DNA from: an uncultured Acidobacteriota bacterium
Lineage (GTDB): Bacteria; Acidobacteriota; Thermoanaerobaculia; UBA5066
Reading direction: 5' to 3'
Length of the DNA: 64,000 nucleotides
Assembly: GCA_963779415.1 (NCBI GenBank)
Contig: CAVZYA010000003.1
Location: forward strand, 1,617 to 65,616
Below are positions 46,583 through 57,192 of this stretch, piece by piece. The number at the start of each line of letters is the position of its first letter. Within the stretch, counting starts at the first letter, position 1. The position numbers and the translations under genes were made by a program. The notes under the pieces were generated by a model. That model saw only the letters and a program-made list of their open reading frames with translations. It did not search any database and was not told the origin of the DNA.

Positions 46583-48400
46583 ATGACCAGAACCGGAGAG
46601 ACCACCGAAATGGATTCGACCGAGGCTCCGACGAAGGGCGACCGGGCCGCCGCGAAGACGGCGGGCGGGAAGACCCCGCGCAAGGCAAAGGGGGCCGGCA
46701 ACGCCAGGCCCAGGCCTGCCAAGCCCGCCAAGGCGGCCAAGGCTCCCCCGAACACGAAGGCCGACGACGTCATCGAAGCGCTTCGTGCGGCGTCGCGTGA
46801 CAAGGACATCGGCTTCGATCGCCTCGTCGCGGCTCTCGAGGAGGCGATCGCCACCGCCGCGCGGAAGGTTTACAAGGTTCGCGAGATGGCGGCCCGCTTC
46901 GACGCGGTGGCGGGAACGCTTACGGCCTGGACTCCCTACCGGATCGTGGAGCAGAAGACGAAGGTCGAAGCTCCCGCGGCCGCCGTCCTCGACCCCGACG
47001 ACATTCCTCTCGGACAGGTCGCTCCCCCGGCACCGGCCCTCTCGGCCGAGACCGAGCCGGAGAAGGAGATCCGCCTGCCGCACGTCGAGGTCCTCCTCGA
47101 CGAGGCACACGTCCTTGTCTCGGGCGAGTTCGCGGGCCAGAGCTGGCAGATCGTCCGACACCGCGAAGGCAGCGGCGAGGAGTCCGTGACGCCCGAGCAG
47201 ATGGCGCTCGGCGACGAGATCCGCCTCTACCGTTCGACCGAGGGCCTCGGCCGCATCGCGGCCCAGAGCGCCAAGCAGGTGCTCTACCAGAAAGTGCGCG
47301 AGGCCGAGCGGGAGAATATCTACAACGAGTACAACCCGAAGCTCGGCGAGCTGATCACCGGGACGGTGAAGAGGTTCGAGCGGGGCGACATGATCGTGGA
47401 TCTCGGGCGGACCGAGGCGGTCATCCCGCGCGACCACCAGTCCCGCGCCGAGAGGTACACGCAGGGCGAGCGCGTCCGGGCCGTTCTCGTCGACGTCCAC
47501 AAGAATCCGAAGGGGGCGCAGCTCGTCCTCTCGCGCACGGCTCCGGAGCTCCTGATGCAGCTGATGCGGATGGAGGTCCCGGAAATCTACGACCAGACCG
47601 TCATCATTCGCGGATGCGTCCGCCAGCCGGGGGACCGCGCCAAGGTGGCCGTCTCCTCGCGCGAGCGGGACGTCGACCCGGTCGGGGCGTGCGTCGGAAT
47701 GCGCGGCGCGCGCGTGCAGGCCATCATGCGCGAGCTCCGCGGAGAGCGGATCGACGTCATCCAGTTCTCCGACGACCTCGTCACGTACGCGCAGAACGCC
47801 CTCGCCCCCGCCAAGATCACTCGCGTCTCGGCGATGCCGGGAGACGAGGAGGAGACTCCGGACGTGGGCCCCGACGGCGAGGCGCTGGAGCCTCTGCCGA
47901 CGCTCGAGTGCATCGTCGAGGAAGATCAGCTTTCACTCGCCATCGGAAAGCGGGGACAGAACGTCCGGCTCGCGGCCGCCCTGATCGGAGCCAAGATCGA
48001 GCTGAAGAGCGAACAGGCGGTGAAGGCCGAGGTCGCCGAGGCGCTCCAGCGGATGCTCCTCTCCTCGCAACGTCGGGCGACGGAGCTTTCGGAAGTGCCG
48101 GGCGTCGATGCCGCCGCGGCCAAGGCGTTCGCGGGCGCCGGCCTCGCGACCGCCGGCGACGTCCTCGACGCGGAGTCCGGCGCCGACGAGGAGAAGGCAA
48201 ATGGCCTGGCCGCTCTCGCGCTTCCCGAAGCGGAGCGTGACGCCGTCCTCGACGCGGTACAGGAGTTCGACCAGGCCCCGCCCCCCGAGCCCGAAGAGGA
48301 GACGCTCGAACTGGCCGATGATGCCGACGGGCCGGAAACGGAAGGCGGGGAGGAAGCTCCCGCTCCCGCCGCCCCGGCGGCCGAGACGCCGGAGAAGTGA
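46583..48400 (+). CDS. nusA: Transcription termination/antitermination factor NusA with a Lys/Ala/Pro-rich N-terminal extension and an acidic C-terminal tail
   Basis: S1 (GELITGTVKRFERGDMIVDLG), KH (GACVGMRGARVQAI; LAIGKRGQNVRLAA) and HhH regions. Confidence 0.95.
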   Translation: MTRTGETTEMDSTEAPTKGDRAAAKTAGGKTPRKAKGAGNARPRPAKPAKAAKAPPNTKADDVIEALRAASRDKDIGFDRLVAALEEAIATAARKVYKVREMAARFDAVAGTLTAWTPYRIVEQKTKVEAPAAAVLDPDDIPLGQVAPPAPALSAETEPEKEIRLPHVEVLLDEAHVLVSGEFAGQSWQIVRHREGSGEESVTPEQMALGDEIRLYRSTEGLGRIAAQSAKQVLYQKVREAERENIYNEYNPKLGELITGTVKRFERGDMIVDLGRTEAVIPRDHQSRAERYTQGERVRAVLVDVHKNPKGAQLVLSRTAPELLMQLMRMEVPEIYDQTVIIRGCVRQPGDRAKVAVSSRERDVDPVGACVGMRGARVQAIMRELRGERIDVIQFSDDLVTYAQNALAPAKITRVSAMPGDEEETPDVGPDGEALEPLPTLECIVEEDQLSLAIGKRGQNVRLAAALIGAKIELKSEQAVKAEVAEALQRMLLSSQRRATELSEVPGVDAAAAKAFAGAGLATAGDVLDAESGADEEKANGLAALALPEAERDAVLDAVQEFDQAPPPEPEEETLELADDADGPETEGGEEAPAPAAPAAETPEK

Positions 48401-51400
48401 GCGCGATGGCCGCGAAGTTCACCGTCTCCGAGCTCGCCAAGATGATGGGAAAGCCCGCGAAGGAGGTCCTCTTCCTCCTGCAGGGGATCGGCGTCGACGT
48501 GAAGACCGTCGATTCGGTCATCGAGGGCTCGACGGCGCAGGCGATCCTCACCGGGAAGACACAGGCTCCCAAGTCGCTCATCGTCCGGCAGGCTTCGACC
48601 GCGCCCGCCGCCGCCACGGCGGCACCGAAGGTAAAGACGGAGCGCGCCGCGCTCCGGCGAATCAAGATTGTCGAGAGGCCGCCCGAATCCGAAGGCCAGC
48701 CTGCCGAGGCCGAGGCTCCCGCAGCCGAGATGGAAACGGCTTCAGCGGCGGTGGAAGCTCCCGAGTCGGAGCAGGTCCCGGCTCCCGAGGCGATGGCGGC
48801 CCCGGCTCCCGCTCCCCAGCCGGCGCCCGTTCCGGCTCCGGCGGCTCCCGTCGCCGCGCCGTTTCTGTCCCCGGTCGTGCCGGCGACTCCCCCGGCGCCC
48901 CGCACGGCGCCTCGCGTCGTCACCGCGACGGTGAGCGCGGCCGGAGAGACCGACGCCGGAACCGGTGCGACGACTCTCCCGCAGTCCATTTCGGCGACGC
49001 CTCCGCGGCGTCCCGCCGTGTCTCATCGTCCCGGCGCCGCGCGCCCCGTCTCTCCGGCCGCCGCGCCGCCGAAAGCTCCGGCTCCGGCCGGCGCCCTTGG
49101 CCGAATCCTGAAGCGTCAGGCCGAGGTCCCCGCGTGGCCCGTCGCCACGCCGCCCGCTCCGGCTCCGCCCCCGCGCATCGAGCCCCGGGCTCCGGAGAGC
49201 GCGCCGCTCTCCGCCGGCCCGTCTGTCGCCTCCGCGCCCCCCGCGAGCGCGCCACCGATGCGCGGCGCCGGCGGGCTTGGCCGGGCCGTCATCGCGCCCC
49301 CCTCCGCCGCGACCCTCCGTCCGATCCGTGCGGCCGGCGTCGCGACGACGCCGGTTCCCCGCTCCGGCTTCCCGCTTCGCCCGGGCACGCTTCCGCCCCG
49401 GCCCGGCATGCCCCTCCGGCCCGGCTTTCCGCCGCGCCCCGGAATGCCTCCGCGTCCCGGCGCGCTTCCTCGCCCCGGATTCGGCCGCGCCGTCGGCCCC
49501 GCCGTTCCGCCCGTCGCGATCCCGGACACGGCCGACAAGCGCCGGAAGGACGCCGGAAAGGCGGCCGTCAAGAAAGACGACGTCAAGAAGACGGCGTCGA
49601 AGAAGCCCCGCACCAAGGAGGTGGCCGCGCTGGAGGAGGACGTCCGCGAGTACCTCGGCTCCTTCCAGCAGGACACCTACGAGGACCTCGCGACTCCGAC
49701 CGGCGACGAAGCGGCCGGAGCCTCCGCGGCGCGCCCTCTCTCGAAGTCGGCGCAGCGCCGCGCCGGGAAGAAGACCGTGGCGACCGAGAGCGGCGAGGTC
49801 GTCGAGACGCGGAAGGGGACGCCTTCCGGCCCCGTCTTCCTCTCGGAAGGGGTCACGGTCAAGGAGCTGTCCGAGAAGATCGGCATCCTCGCCAAGGACC
49901 TGATGAAGGCCCTTCTCTCGCGCGGGATCCTCGCCACCATCAACCAGCCCGTCGACCCGAAAACGGCCGTCGAGCTGGCGCGGGAATTCGGGATCGAGGC
50001 CGCCGTCGTCTCCTTCGAGGAGGAGCTCGAGCTGGCCCGCCAGTCGGGGCAGACGCCTCCCGCCGGCGAGTCCCTCAAGGCCCCGGTCGGCGCGCGCGTG
50101 CCGCGCTCCCCCGTCGTCACCGTCATGGGCCACGTCGACCACGGGAAGACGTCGCTCCTCGACGCCATCCGGTCGACGCGCGTCGCCGAGGGCGAGGCGG
50201 GCGGCATCACGCAGCACATCGGCGCCTACCGCGTCGAGGCGCGCGGCCGCTCCATCGTCTTCCTCGACACGCCCGGCCACGAGGCTTTCACGATGATGCG
50301 CGCGCGCGGCGCGAAGGCGACCGACATCGTCGTCCTCGTCGTCGCGGCCGATGACGGCGTCATGCCGCAGACGGTGGAGGCCATCGACCACGCACGGGCG
50401 GCGAAGGTCCCCGTCGTCGTCGCGATCAACAAGATCGACAAGCCGGAGGCGAACCCCGGCCGCGTCAAGCAGGAGCTTGCCGACAAGGGCGTCATCGTCG
50501 AGGAGTTCGGAGGCCAGGTCGTCGCCTGCGAGATCTCGGCCAAGAAGCGGATCGGGATCGACCAGCTCCTCGAGATGATCCTCCTGCAGGCGGACCTCCT
50601 CGAGCTGAAGGGACAGCCCGAAGGGCCGGCGCGCGGCGTCGTCCTCGAGGCGCGGCGCGAAGCCGGGCGCGGCACGCTCGCGACGGTCCTCGTCCACCAG
50701 GGAACGCTCCACGTCGGCGACGTCTTCTTCGCCGGCACGGCCGTCGGGCGCGTCCGCGCCATGCACGACGACCGCGGCCATCGCCTCGACGCGGCCGGCC
50801 CCGCCGTGCCGCTCGAGGTCATGGGCTTCGACGACATCCCGAACGCCGGCGACGTCCTTCAGGTCGTCGAGGACGAAGGGAAGGCGCGGCAGGTCTCCGG
50901 GTTCCGCCGCGACAAGGAGCGCGAGGAGGTGCTCGCCAAGTCGTCCCGGATGTCGCTCGACTCGCTCTTCGCCCGGATGAAGCAGGGCGAGACGAAGGAG
51001 CTTCCGATCATCCTGAAGGCCGACGTCGGCGGCTCGGAGGAAGTGCTCGTCCAGACCCTCGGAAAGCTTTCGACGGAGAAGGTGAAGCTCACCATCCTCC
51101 ACTCGGGCGTCGGCGCCATCTCGGTGAACGACGTGCTTCTCGCCTCCGCTTCGGAAGCCATCATCATCGGATTCAACGTGAAGCCGGAGAAGAAGGCGCA
51201 GGAACTGGCCGAAAAGGAAGGGGTCGACATCCGGCTCTATTCCGTCATCTACAACCTGACGGACGAGATGAAGAAGGCCATGACGGGCCTCCTCGACGCG
51301 GTCCACAAGGAGGCCATCCGGGGCCACGCGGAGGTCCGCGAGACCTTCAAGGTGCCCAGGATCGGGACGATCGCGGGCTGCATGGTCGTGGACGGCGTCA

Positions 51401-51609
51401 TCCCGCGCTCGGCTTCGGTCCGGCTTCTCCGCGACAATCGCGTCATTTACGAGGGAAAGATCGGCTCCCTCCGGCGCTTCAAGGACGATGCGTCCGAGGT
51501 CAAGCAGGGCTTCGAGTGCGGAATCGGCATCGCGGGCTACCAGGACGTGAAGGTCGGCGATGTCCTCGAAGCCTTCATCCTCGAAGAGGTCGCCCCGTCT
51601 CTGACATGA
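48397..51609 (+). CDS. infB: Translation initiation factor IF-2
   Basis: [20 protein letters not shown] and NKIDK. It has a long Pro/Ala-rich N-terminal region. The start is GTG 48397 (overlapping the nusA stop) or ATG 48406. Confidence 0.95.
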   Translation: MSAMAAKFTVSELAKMMGKPAKEVLFLLQGIGVDVKTVDSVIEGSTAQAILTGKTQAPKSLIVRQASTAPAAATAAPKVKTERAALRRIKIVERPPESEGQPAEAEAPAAEMETASAAVEAPESEQVPAPEAMAAPAPAPQPAPVPAPAAPVAAPFLSPVVPATPPAPRTAPRVVTATVSAAGETDAGTGATTLPQSISATPPRRPAVSHRPGAARPVSPAAAPPKAPAPAGALGRILKRQAEVPAWPVATPPAPAPPPRIEPRAPESAPLSAGPSVASAPPASAPPMRGAGGLGRAVIAPPSAATLRPIRAAGVATTPVPRSGFPLRPGTLPPRPGMPLRPGFPPRPGMPPRPGALPRPGFGRAVGPAVPPVAIPDTADKRRKDAGKAAVKKDDVKKTASKKPRTKEVAALEEDVREYLGSFQQDTYEDLATPTGDEAAGASAARPLSKSAQRRAGKKTVATESGEVVETRKGTPSGPVFLSEGVTVKELSEKIGILAKDLMKALLSRGILATINQPVDPKTAVELAREFGIEAAVVSFEEELELARQSGQTPPAGESLKAPVGARVPRSPVVTVMGHVDHGKTSLLDAIRSTRVAEGEAGGITQHIGAYRVEARGRSIVFLDTPGHEAFTMMRARGAKATDIVVLVVAADDGVMPQTVEAIDHARAAKVPVVVAINKIDKPEANPGRVKQELADKGVIVEEFGGQVVACEISAKKRIGIDQLLEMILLQADLLELKGQPEGPARGVVLEARREAGRGTLATVLVHQGTLHVGDVFFAGTAVGRVRAMHDDRGHRLDAAGPAVPLEVMGFDDIPNAGDVLQVVEDEGKARQVSGFRRDKEREEVLAKSSRMSLDSLFARMKQGETKELPIILKADVGGSEEVLVQTLGKLSTEKVKLTILHSGVGAISVNDVLLASASEAIIIGFNVKPEKKAQELAEKEGVDIRLYSVIYNLTDEMKKAMTGLLDAVHKEAIRGHAEVRETFKVPRIGTIAGCMVVDGVIPRSASVRLLRDNRVIYEGKIGSLRRFKDDASEVKQGFECGIGIAGYQDVKVGDVLEAFILEEVAPSLT

Positions 51610-51613
51610 GTCA

Positions 51614-51638
51614 GGGGAACCCGGTCGCCGGGTTCCCC
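51614..51638 (+). terminator. 11-bp hairpin right after infB
   Basis: ggggaacccgg-tcg-ccgggttcccc. No U-tract follows. The same stem sequence occurs at 61755-61781. Confidence 0.45.
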
Positions 51639-51689
51639 TAAGACCTCTCCGCGCGAACCGCCAATCGACACCCAGCGAGCTTCAGACTC

Positions 51690-52049
51690 ATGGTCGTGGT
51701 CATCGCCATTTTCGACTTTCACCTTCCGCACTGCCGCGGGCTGAAGGAGAAGCGGGCGTTCCTCCGCCCGCTAAAGGCGAAGCTGCGGGGCGACTTCCAG
51801 ATCTCGGCGGCGGAGGTCGCGCATCAGGACCTCCTGCAGCGCGCCGTCGTCGGCGTCGCGGCCGTCGGTTCCGACCGTGGGGCGCTCGAGCCGCTTTTCG
51901 CCAAGGTGGGCTCGTTCGTGGAGGCTTTCGCGGAGGAGAACGGGGCCGAGATCGCCGCGTCGCCGCACGAGTTCCTCTCGTATGGCGACGTCGCGGCGCC
52001 GGGGGCCCTGTTCGGCGCCGGTGAAGGAGGCGAAGATGACCGCTCGTAG
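51690..52049 (+). CDS. DUF503 family protein (YlxP-like)
   Basis: IFDFHLPHCRGLKEKRAFLRPLKAKLR.. is typical of DUF503, as is the position between infB and rbfA. Confidence 0.8.
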   Translation: MVVVIAIFDFHLPHCRGLKEKRAFLRPLKAKLRGDFQISAAEVAHQDLLQRAVVGVAAVGSDRGALEPLFAKVGSFVEAFAEENGAEIAASPHEFLSYGDVAAPGALFGAGEGGEDDRS

Positions 52050-52422
52050 CAGGGGAGGCGGCGGCCGCAGGCCGCGACAGGTCGCCGACGTCGTCCGGTC
52101 CGAGCTGGCGCGCCTTCTCCGCGAGGAGGTGCGCGATCCCCACATCGGGTTCGCGACGATCACGGACGTCGAGATGGCGGCCGACCTCCGGTCGGCGCGG
52201 GTCTTCGTCTCGGTCCTCGGCAAAGCGGAAGACTTCGCGCGGACCGTGGCGGCCCTGAATCACGCCCGCGGGATGCTCCGGACGCTCGTCGGCCGCAACT
52301 GCGGCCTTCGCCACGCCCCGGAGCTCCACTTCGTCGAGGACCACACCCTCGAGCGTGGGGCGCGGATCAACGAGCTTCTGCTGAAGATTCCCGGAGGTGG
52401 CGCCGGAGAAGAAGAGTCGTGA
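52036..52422 (+). CDS. rbfA: Ribosome-binding factor A
   Basis: RQVADVVRSELARLLREEVRDPHIGFATITDVEMAADLRSARVFVSV. Confidence 0.9.
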   Translation: MTARSRGGGGRRPRQVADVVRSELARLLREEVRDPHIGFATITDVEMAADLRSARVFVSVLGKAEDFARTVAALNHARGMLRTLVGRNCGLRHAPELHFVEDHTLERGARINELLLKIPGGGAGEEES

Positions 52423-53414
52423 CGCCGATCGACGCCGCCTATCAGGCCACGGCCACCCTTCTTTCGGACGGGCGGCGCTTCCTCCTGACCGGACACCGGA
52501 ACCCGGACGGGGACTCCCTCGGCTCGGCCCTCGCCCTCGCCCTCGCCCTCGAGGCGAGCGGCAAGGAGACGCGCGTCGTGATGCGCGATGTCTGGTCCGG
52601 CGTATACGCCTCCCTCCCGGGAATCGGGCGCGTCGCCGTCGTGGATGCGCTCCCCGACGACTGGCCCACCGGCTGGGACGCGCTGATCGCGATGGAATGC
52701 CCCTCGGCCGACCGGACGGGCTTTCCGAACCAGCTCGAGGGGCGTGTCGCGAACGTCGACCATCACCCCGGCAACACGCTCTGGGGAACGCTGAACCTCG
52801 TCGACCTTCCGGCCGCGGCCGTGGGTGAGATCGTGGCCGACCTCCTCGACCTCCTCCGCTGGCCGATCACCCCCGCGATCGCGACGAATCTCTGGGTCTC
52901 TCTCGTCTCGGACACGGGCTCGTTCCGCTACAACAACACGACGCCGAAGGCACTCGCCCTCGGCGCCCGCCTCGTGGCCGCCGGGGCGGAGCCCGGCCGC
53001 GTAAGCGAGTTCCTCTTCGAGGCGCAGCCGCTAACGGTCCTGCGCCTCGAGACGCTCGTCCTCTCGACGCTCGCCCTCCACGACGGCGGGCGCGTGGCGA
53101 CGGTCGAGCTCCCGAAGCGCTTCCTCTCCGAGAGCGGCGCACGGGACGAGGATTCCGAGGGCCTCGTCAACCGCGCGCGCGGGATCTCCGGCGTCGCCGC
53201 GGCGGCGCTCCTTCGCGAAGGCGACGATGGCGAGATCCGATGCTCGCTCCGGTCGAAGGGGATCGTGGACATCCGGGCCGTCGCGGCCCGGCACGGCGGC
53301 GGAGGCCACCGGAACGCCGCGGGATGCCGCGTTGCCGGAACGCTGGCGTCGGTCCGCCCCCTTCTCGCAAGGGAGCTTGCGGCGGCCGTGGCCGAGGCCG
53401 GGGAGTCGCGATGA
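52419..53414 (+). CDS. DHH-family phosphoesterase (NrnA-like oligoribonuclease/pAp phosphatase)
   Basis: GHRNPDGDSLGS (DHH motif I-II), DHHPGN and GGGHRNAAG (DHHA1). Confidence 0.85.
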   Translation: MTPIDAAYQATATLLSDGRRFLLTGHRNPDGDSLGSALALALALEASGKETRVVMRDVWSGVYASLPGIGRVAVVDALPDDWPTGWDALIAMECPSADRTGFPNQLEGRVANVDHHPGNTLWGTLNLVDLPAAAVGEIVADLLDLLRWPITPAIATNLWVSLVSDTGSFRYNNTTPKALALGARLVAAGAEPGRVSEFLFEAQPLTVLRLETLVLSTLALHDGGRVATVELPKRFLSESGARDEDSEGLVNRARGISGVAAAALLREGDDGEIRCSLRSKGIVDIRAVAARHGGGGHRNAAGCRVAGTLASVRPLLARELAAAVAEAGESR

Positions 53415-54340
53415 ATCCGGCCCCGACCGAGCTCCTCGCGGGACTCCTCCTCGTCGACAAGCCCGAGAGGCTGACGTCGCACGACGTCGTCGACGAGGCG
53501 CGGCGCCTTCTCGACCTGCGCCGGATCGGGCACACCGGGACGCTCGATCCGGCGGCGACGGGGCTTCTCGTCCTCTGTGTCGGACGCGCCGTCCGGCTTC
53601 AGTCGTTCCTGACGGGATTCGACAAGTCTTACGAGGGGGAGATCCTCTTCGGCATCGAGACGGACACCTACGACCGCGACGGGACGCCGGTCGGCGAGCC
53701 GTACGCCGGCCCGCCTCCGGACCCCGACCGGATCCGCGAGGCCGCCGCCCGCTTCGTCGGCGACCTCCAGCAGTCCCCCCCGCCCTACTCGGCAAAGAAA
53801 GTCGCCGGCCGGAAGTTCTACGACCTCGCGCGCCGCGGCGAGGCCGTCCCGCACGCACCGAAGAGCGTCCGGGTCTCGGCTCTCGAGATCCTCGACGTCG
53901 CCGGCGATCGCGCGAGCTTCCGGGTCAGCTGCTCCTCCGGAACGTACGTCCGCTCCCTCGCGAACGACCTCGGAAAGGAGCTCGGGACGGGGGCGCACCT
54001 CCATGCCCTCAGGCGGACCGGGGTCGGCCCTTTCCGCCTCGAGGCGGCCGCCACGCTCGCCGCGCTGAAGGGGCAACCGGCGACCGAACGTCTCTCGCCG
54101 CCCCACTGGATTCCGATGGCGCAGATCCCGCTTCCCTATCCGGTCGTTCCCCTCGCCGCTGCCGAGGCGATGCGCGTCCGGCACGGGAACGCCATTCCGG
54201 TCCGGCTTCCCGCCGACGCGGCGGGAGCCGAATGGGTCCGCCTCGAGGCGGGAGGCGACCTTTTGGCCCTGGCGGCCCTCGAGCCGCTCGGGCGGGGGGC
54301 CGTCGCGCTCGCCCGTCCCAGGATCGTTCTCGCAGAATGA
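53411..54340 (+). CDS. truB: tRNA pseudouridine(55) synthase
   Basis: LLLVDKPERLTSHDVV...IGHTGTLDPAATG...YSAKKV. Confidence 0.9.
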   Translation: MNPAPTELLAGLLLVDKPERLTSHDVVDEARRLLDLRRIGHTGTLDPAATGLLVLCVGRAVRLQSFLTGFDKSYEGEILFGIETDTYDRDGTPVGEPYAGPPPDPDRIREAAARFVGDLQQSPPPYSAKKVAGRKFYDLARRGEAVPHAPKSVRVSALEILDVAGDRASFRVSCSSGTYVRSLANDLGKELGTGAHLHALRRTGVGPFRLEAAATLAALKGQPATERLSPPHWIPMAQIPLPYPVVPLAAAEAMRVRHGNAIPVRLPADAAGAEWVRLEAGGDLLALAALEPLGRGAVALARPRIVLAE

Positions 54341-54373
54341 CGGGTCCGGTTAACCTCGGCGGCCTCAGCAGGT

Positions 54374-54402
54374 TTGACGCCCGGAACGCGACAGGTTAGA
54401 GT
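54374..54402 (+). promoter_or_regulatory. Candidate sigma-70 promoter of rpsO
   Basis: TTGACG (54374-54379), a 17-nt spacer, then TAGAGT (54397-54402), about 40 nt upstream of the rpsO start. Confidence 0.5.
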
Positions 54403-54440
54403 TCGCCGTTCGAAAGTAGTAGAGAAGGGACAAGAAGACA

Positions 54441-54710
54441 TTGGCCCACCCCAGGACGAATAAGGCGGAAACGATCAAGTCGTACCGGCGCCACGACGGC
54501 GACACGGGCTCCCCCGAGGTGCAGGTCGCTCTCCTCTCCAGGCGGATCATGGAGCTGACCGAGCACTTCAAGTCGCACGCGAAGGACCATCACTCGCGGC
54601 GGGGGCTGCTGCAGATGGTCGGCCGGCGGCGTCGGCTCCTCGACTACCTGAAGAAGTGCGATGTGCAGCGCTATCAGGTGCTGATCGAGTCGCTCGGGCT
54701 CCGCAAGTAG
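54441..54710 (+). CDS. rpsO: 30S ribosomal protein S15
   Basis: [49 protein letters not shown]. The start codon is TTG. Confidence 0.95.
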   Translation: MAHPRTNKAETIKSYRRHDGDTGSPEVQVALLSRRIMELTEHFKSHAKDHHSRRGLLQMVGRRRRLLDYLKKCDVQRYQVLIESLGLRK

Positions 54711-54816
54711 CCTTCCGCCTCTCCCTCCTCCCGGCCTCCGCCTGATCCCCCGTCCCTCCGGGGCAGACGGCGTCAAGCCGGGCTCGTCCACCGGGCCGCG
54801 AAGGAAAGGAACCGAA

Positions 54817-57192
54817 ATGCAAGACTCCGTGACAATCGACCTGGGGGGACGTGTCCTCACGATCGAGACCGGAAAGCTCGCCAAGCAGGCCGACGGCGCG
54901 GCCGTCGTCCGGATGGGCGACTCCTGGGTCCTCGTAACGGCCTGCTTCACGAGGGAGCCGAAGGACACCGATTTCCTCCCGCTGACCGTCGAGTACAAGG
55001 AATACCAGTACGCCGCCGGACGGATCCCGGGGGGCTTCTTCAAGCGCGAAGGGCGCCCCACCGAGAAGGAGATCCTCACGGCGCGGATGATCGACCGCCC
55101 CGTCCGGCCGCTCTTCCCCGAAGGCTTCAACCACGAGACCCAGATCGTCGGGCTCGTCCTCTCGGCCGACGGGGAGAACGACCCCGACATTCTCGCCATC
55201 AACGGCGCGGCCGCGGCGCTCGCCGTGAACCCGATCCCCTTCCACCACGTCCTCGGCGCCGTCCGCGTCGCGCGGATCCACGGCGCGTACGTCTTCAACC
55301 CGACGTCGAAGGAGCGGGAGGCCTCCGACCTCGACCTCGTCGTCGTCGGCTCGCGTGACGCCGTCGTCATGGTGGAGGCGGGGGCCAAGGAGGTCCCCGA
55401 GTCCGTGATGCTCGAGGCGATCTTCGCGGGACACGGCGCGGTCCAGAAGATCGTCGCCGGCATCGAGGAGCTCGCCCGCCGGAGTCACGTCATCAAGGCG
55501 CCCTTCGTGCCGCGCCCGCCGCTCCCGGCCGACGTCGTCGACGCCGTCCGCCGGCAGTGGGAAGGCCCGATGATGGAGGCCCTCACCCACCCCGGCAAGA
55601 TCGAGTCGTACGCGAAGATCAAGGAGGTCAAGGGGTACGCGGTCGGCCTCGTCCCCGAGACCGAGCCGGAGCAGAAGGCCGCGACCAAGCGCGCGATCTC
55701 CGAGCTCGTCGAGACGCTCACCCGCGAGACGATCCTCTCCGGCCGGCGCCGGCTCGACGGGCGGGCCTTCGACGAGATCCGTCCGATCACGATCGAGGCG
55801 GGAATCCTTCCCCGCACGCACGGCTCGGCGCTCTTTTCGCGCGGCGAGACTCAGGCTCTGGTCACCGTCACCCTCGGGACCTCCGAGGACACGCAGCTCA
55901 TCGAGGATCTCATCGAGGGGGATTACGAGCGGCACTTCATGCTGCACTACAACTTCCCCCCCTTCTCCGTCGGCGAGGTGAAGCGCTTCGGCTCTCCCGG
56001 CCGCCGAGAGATCGGGCACGGCCGCCTCGCGTGGCGCTCCATCCAGGCGGTCCTTCCCGACGAGAAGGAGTTCCCTTACGCGATCCGGGTCGTCTCCGAC
56101 ATCCTCGAATCGAACGGCTCCTCCTCGATGGCGACGATCTGCGGCGCCTCCCTCGCCCTCATGGACGCCGGTGTCCCCGTCCGGGCCGCCGTCGCGGGCG
56201 TCGCGATGGGCCTCGTCAAGGAAGGGGAGAGCTTCGCCGTCCTGACCGACATCGCCGGCCAGGAGGACCATTACGGCGACATGGACTTCAAGGTGGCCGG
56301 CACCCGGAAGGGGATCACGGCCCTCCAGATGGACATCAAGATCTCCGGCATCACGAAGGAGATCTTCGCGCAGGCTCTCGAGCAGGCGCGGCACGGCCGG
56401 ACCTTCATCCTCGACCGGATGGAGGGAGTCCTCCGGGCCTCGCGGCCGGAGCTTTCGGCCTATGCCCCGCGCCTTCTGACGATCCACGTCCCCGAGGACA
56501 AGATCCGCGACATCATCGGCTCCGGCGGCAAGACGATCCGGTCGCTCCAGAAGGAGTTCTCCTGCAAGATCGACGTGCAGGACGACGGTACCGTGACGGT
56601 CGCCTCGAACGACATGCCGACGGCCGAGAAGTGCCTCGATGCCATCCGGGCCCTGACGACCGTTCCCGAGATCGGGACCGAATACCTCGGCACGGTGAAG
56701 CGGATCGAGCCGTATGGCTGCTTCGTGGAGATCCTCCCGGGCCTCGATGGCCTCGTTCACATCTCCGAGCTCGCGCCCGGGCGCGTCCGGGAGACGACCG
56801 ACGTCGTCAAGATGGGCGACAAGGTCAAGGTGAAGATCATCGCCATCGACCCGGTGAACGGGAAAGTGAAGCTCTCCCGGAGGCAGGCCCTGACGCCCGA
56901 AGAGAGCGCCGCCGAGGTCGAGCGTCTCGGGCTCAAGGCCGCCGAGGCCGGGGCTCCGGGCGAAGGCGACGACCGGCCGCCGCGCCACTTCGACCGCGAC
57001 CGCGACCGCGGTCCCCGTCACGGCGGGGGCGGCGGCTTCCGCGGGCCGCGTCCGGGCGGGCCACGGGGGCGAGCGGCGGCCGCGGACCCGGCGGCCCGCG
57101 CCCCTGACTCGGCCCGCCCCGTCCGGCTCAGGGACGAGGCGCGACGAACCGGCGAGAGGGGGGAGCGATCCCCTCGGGCGCGACGCGCGTGA
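54817..57192 (+). CDS. pnp: Polyribonucleotide nucleotidyltransferase (PNPase) with an Arg/Gly-rich C-terminal tail
   Basis: Two RNase PH domains (FPPFSVGE..GRREIGHG), KH and S1 (GTVKRIEPYGCFVEILPG). The tail is ...DRDRDRGPRHGGGGGFRGPRPGG... Confidence 0.95.
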   Translation: MQDSVTIDLGGRVLTIETGKLAKQADGAAVVRMGDSWVLVTACFTREPKDTDFLPLTVEYKEYQYAAGRIPGGFFKREGRPTEKEILTARMIDRPVRPLFPEGFNHETQIVGLVLSADGENDPDILAINGAAAALAVNPIPFHHVLGAVRVARIHGAYVFNPTSKEREASDLDLVVVGSRDAVVMVEAGAKEVPESVMLEAIFAGHGAVQKIVAGIEELARRSHVIKAPFVPRPPLPADVVDAVRRQWEGPMMEALTHPGKIESYAKIKEVKGYAVGLVPETEPEQKAATKRAISELVETLTRETILSGRRRLDGRAFDEIRPITIEAGILPRTHGSALFSRGETQALVTVTLGTSEDTQLIEDLIEGDYERHFMLHYNFPPFSVGEVKRFGSPGRREIGHGRLAWRSIQAVLPDEKEFPYAIRVVSDILESNGSSSMATICGASLALMDAGVPVRAAVAGVAMGLVKEGESFAVLTDIAGQEDHYGDMDFKVAGTRKGITALQMDIKISGITKEIFAQALEQARHGRTFILDRMEGVLRASRPELSAYAPRLLTIHVPEDKIRDIIGSGGKTIRSLQKEFSCKIDVQDDGTVTVASNDMPTAEKCLDAIRALTTVPEIGTEYLGTVKRIEPYGCFVEILPGLDGLVHISELAPGRVRETTDVVKMGDKVKVKIIAIDPVNGKVKLSRRQALTPEESAAEVERLGLKAAEAGAPGEGDDRPPRHFDRDRDRGPRHGGGGGFRGPRPGGPRGRAAAADPAARAPDSARPVRLRDEARRTGERGERSPRARRA

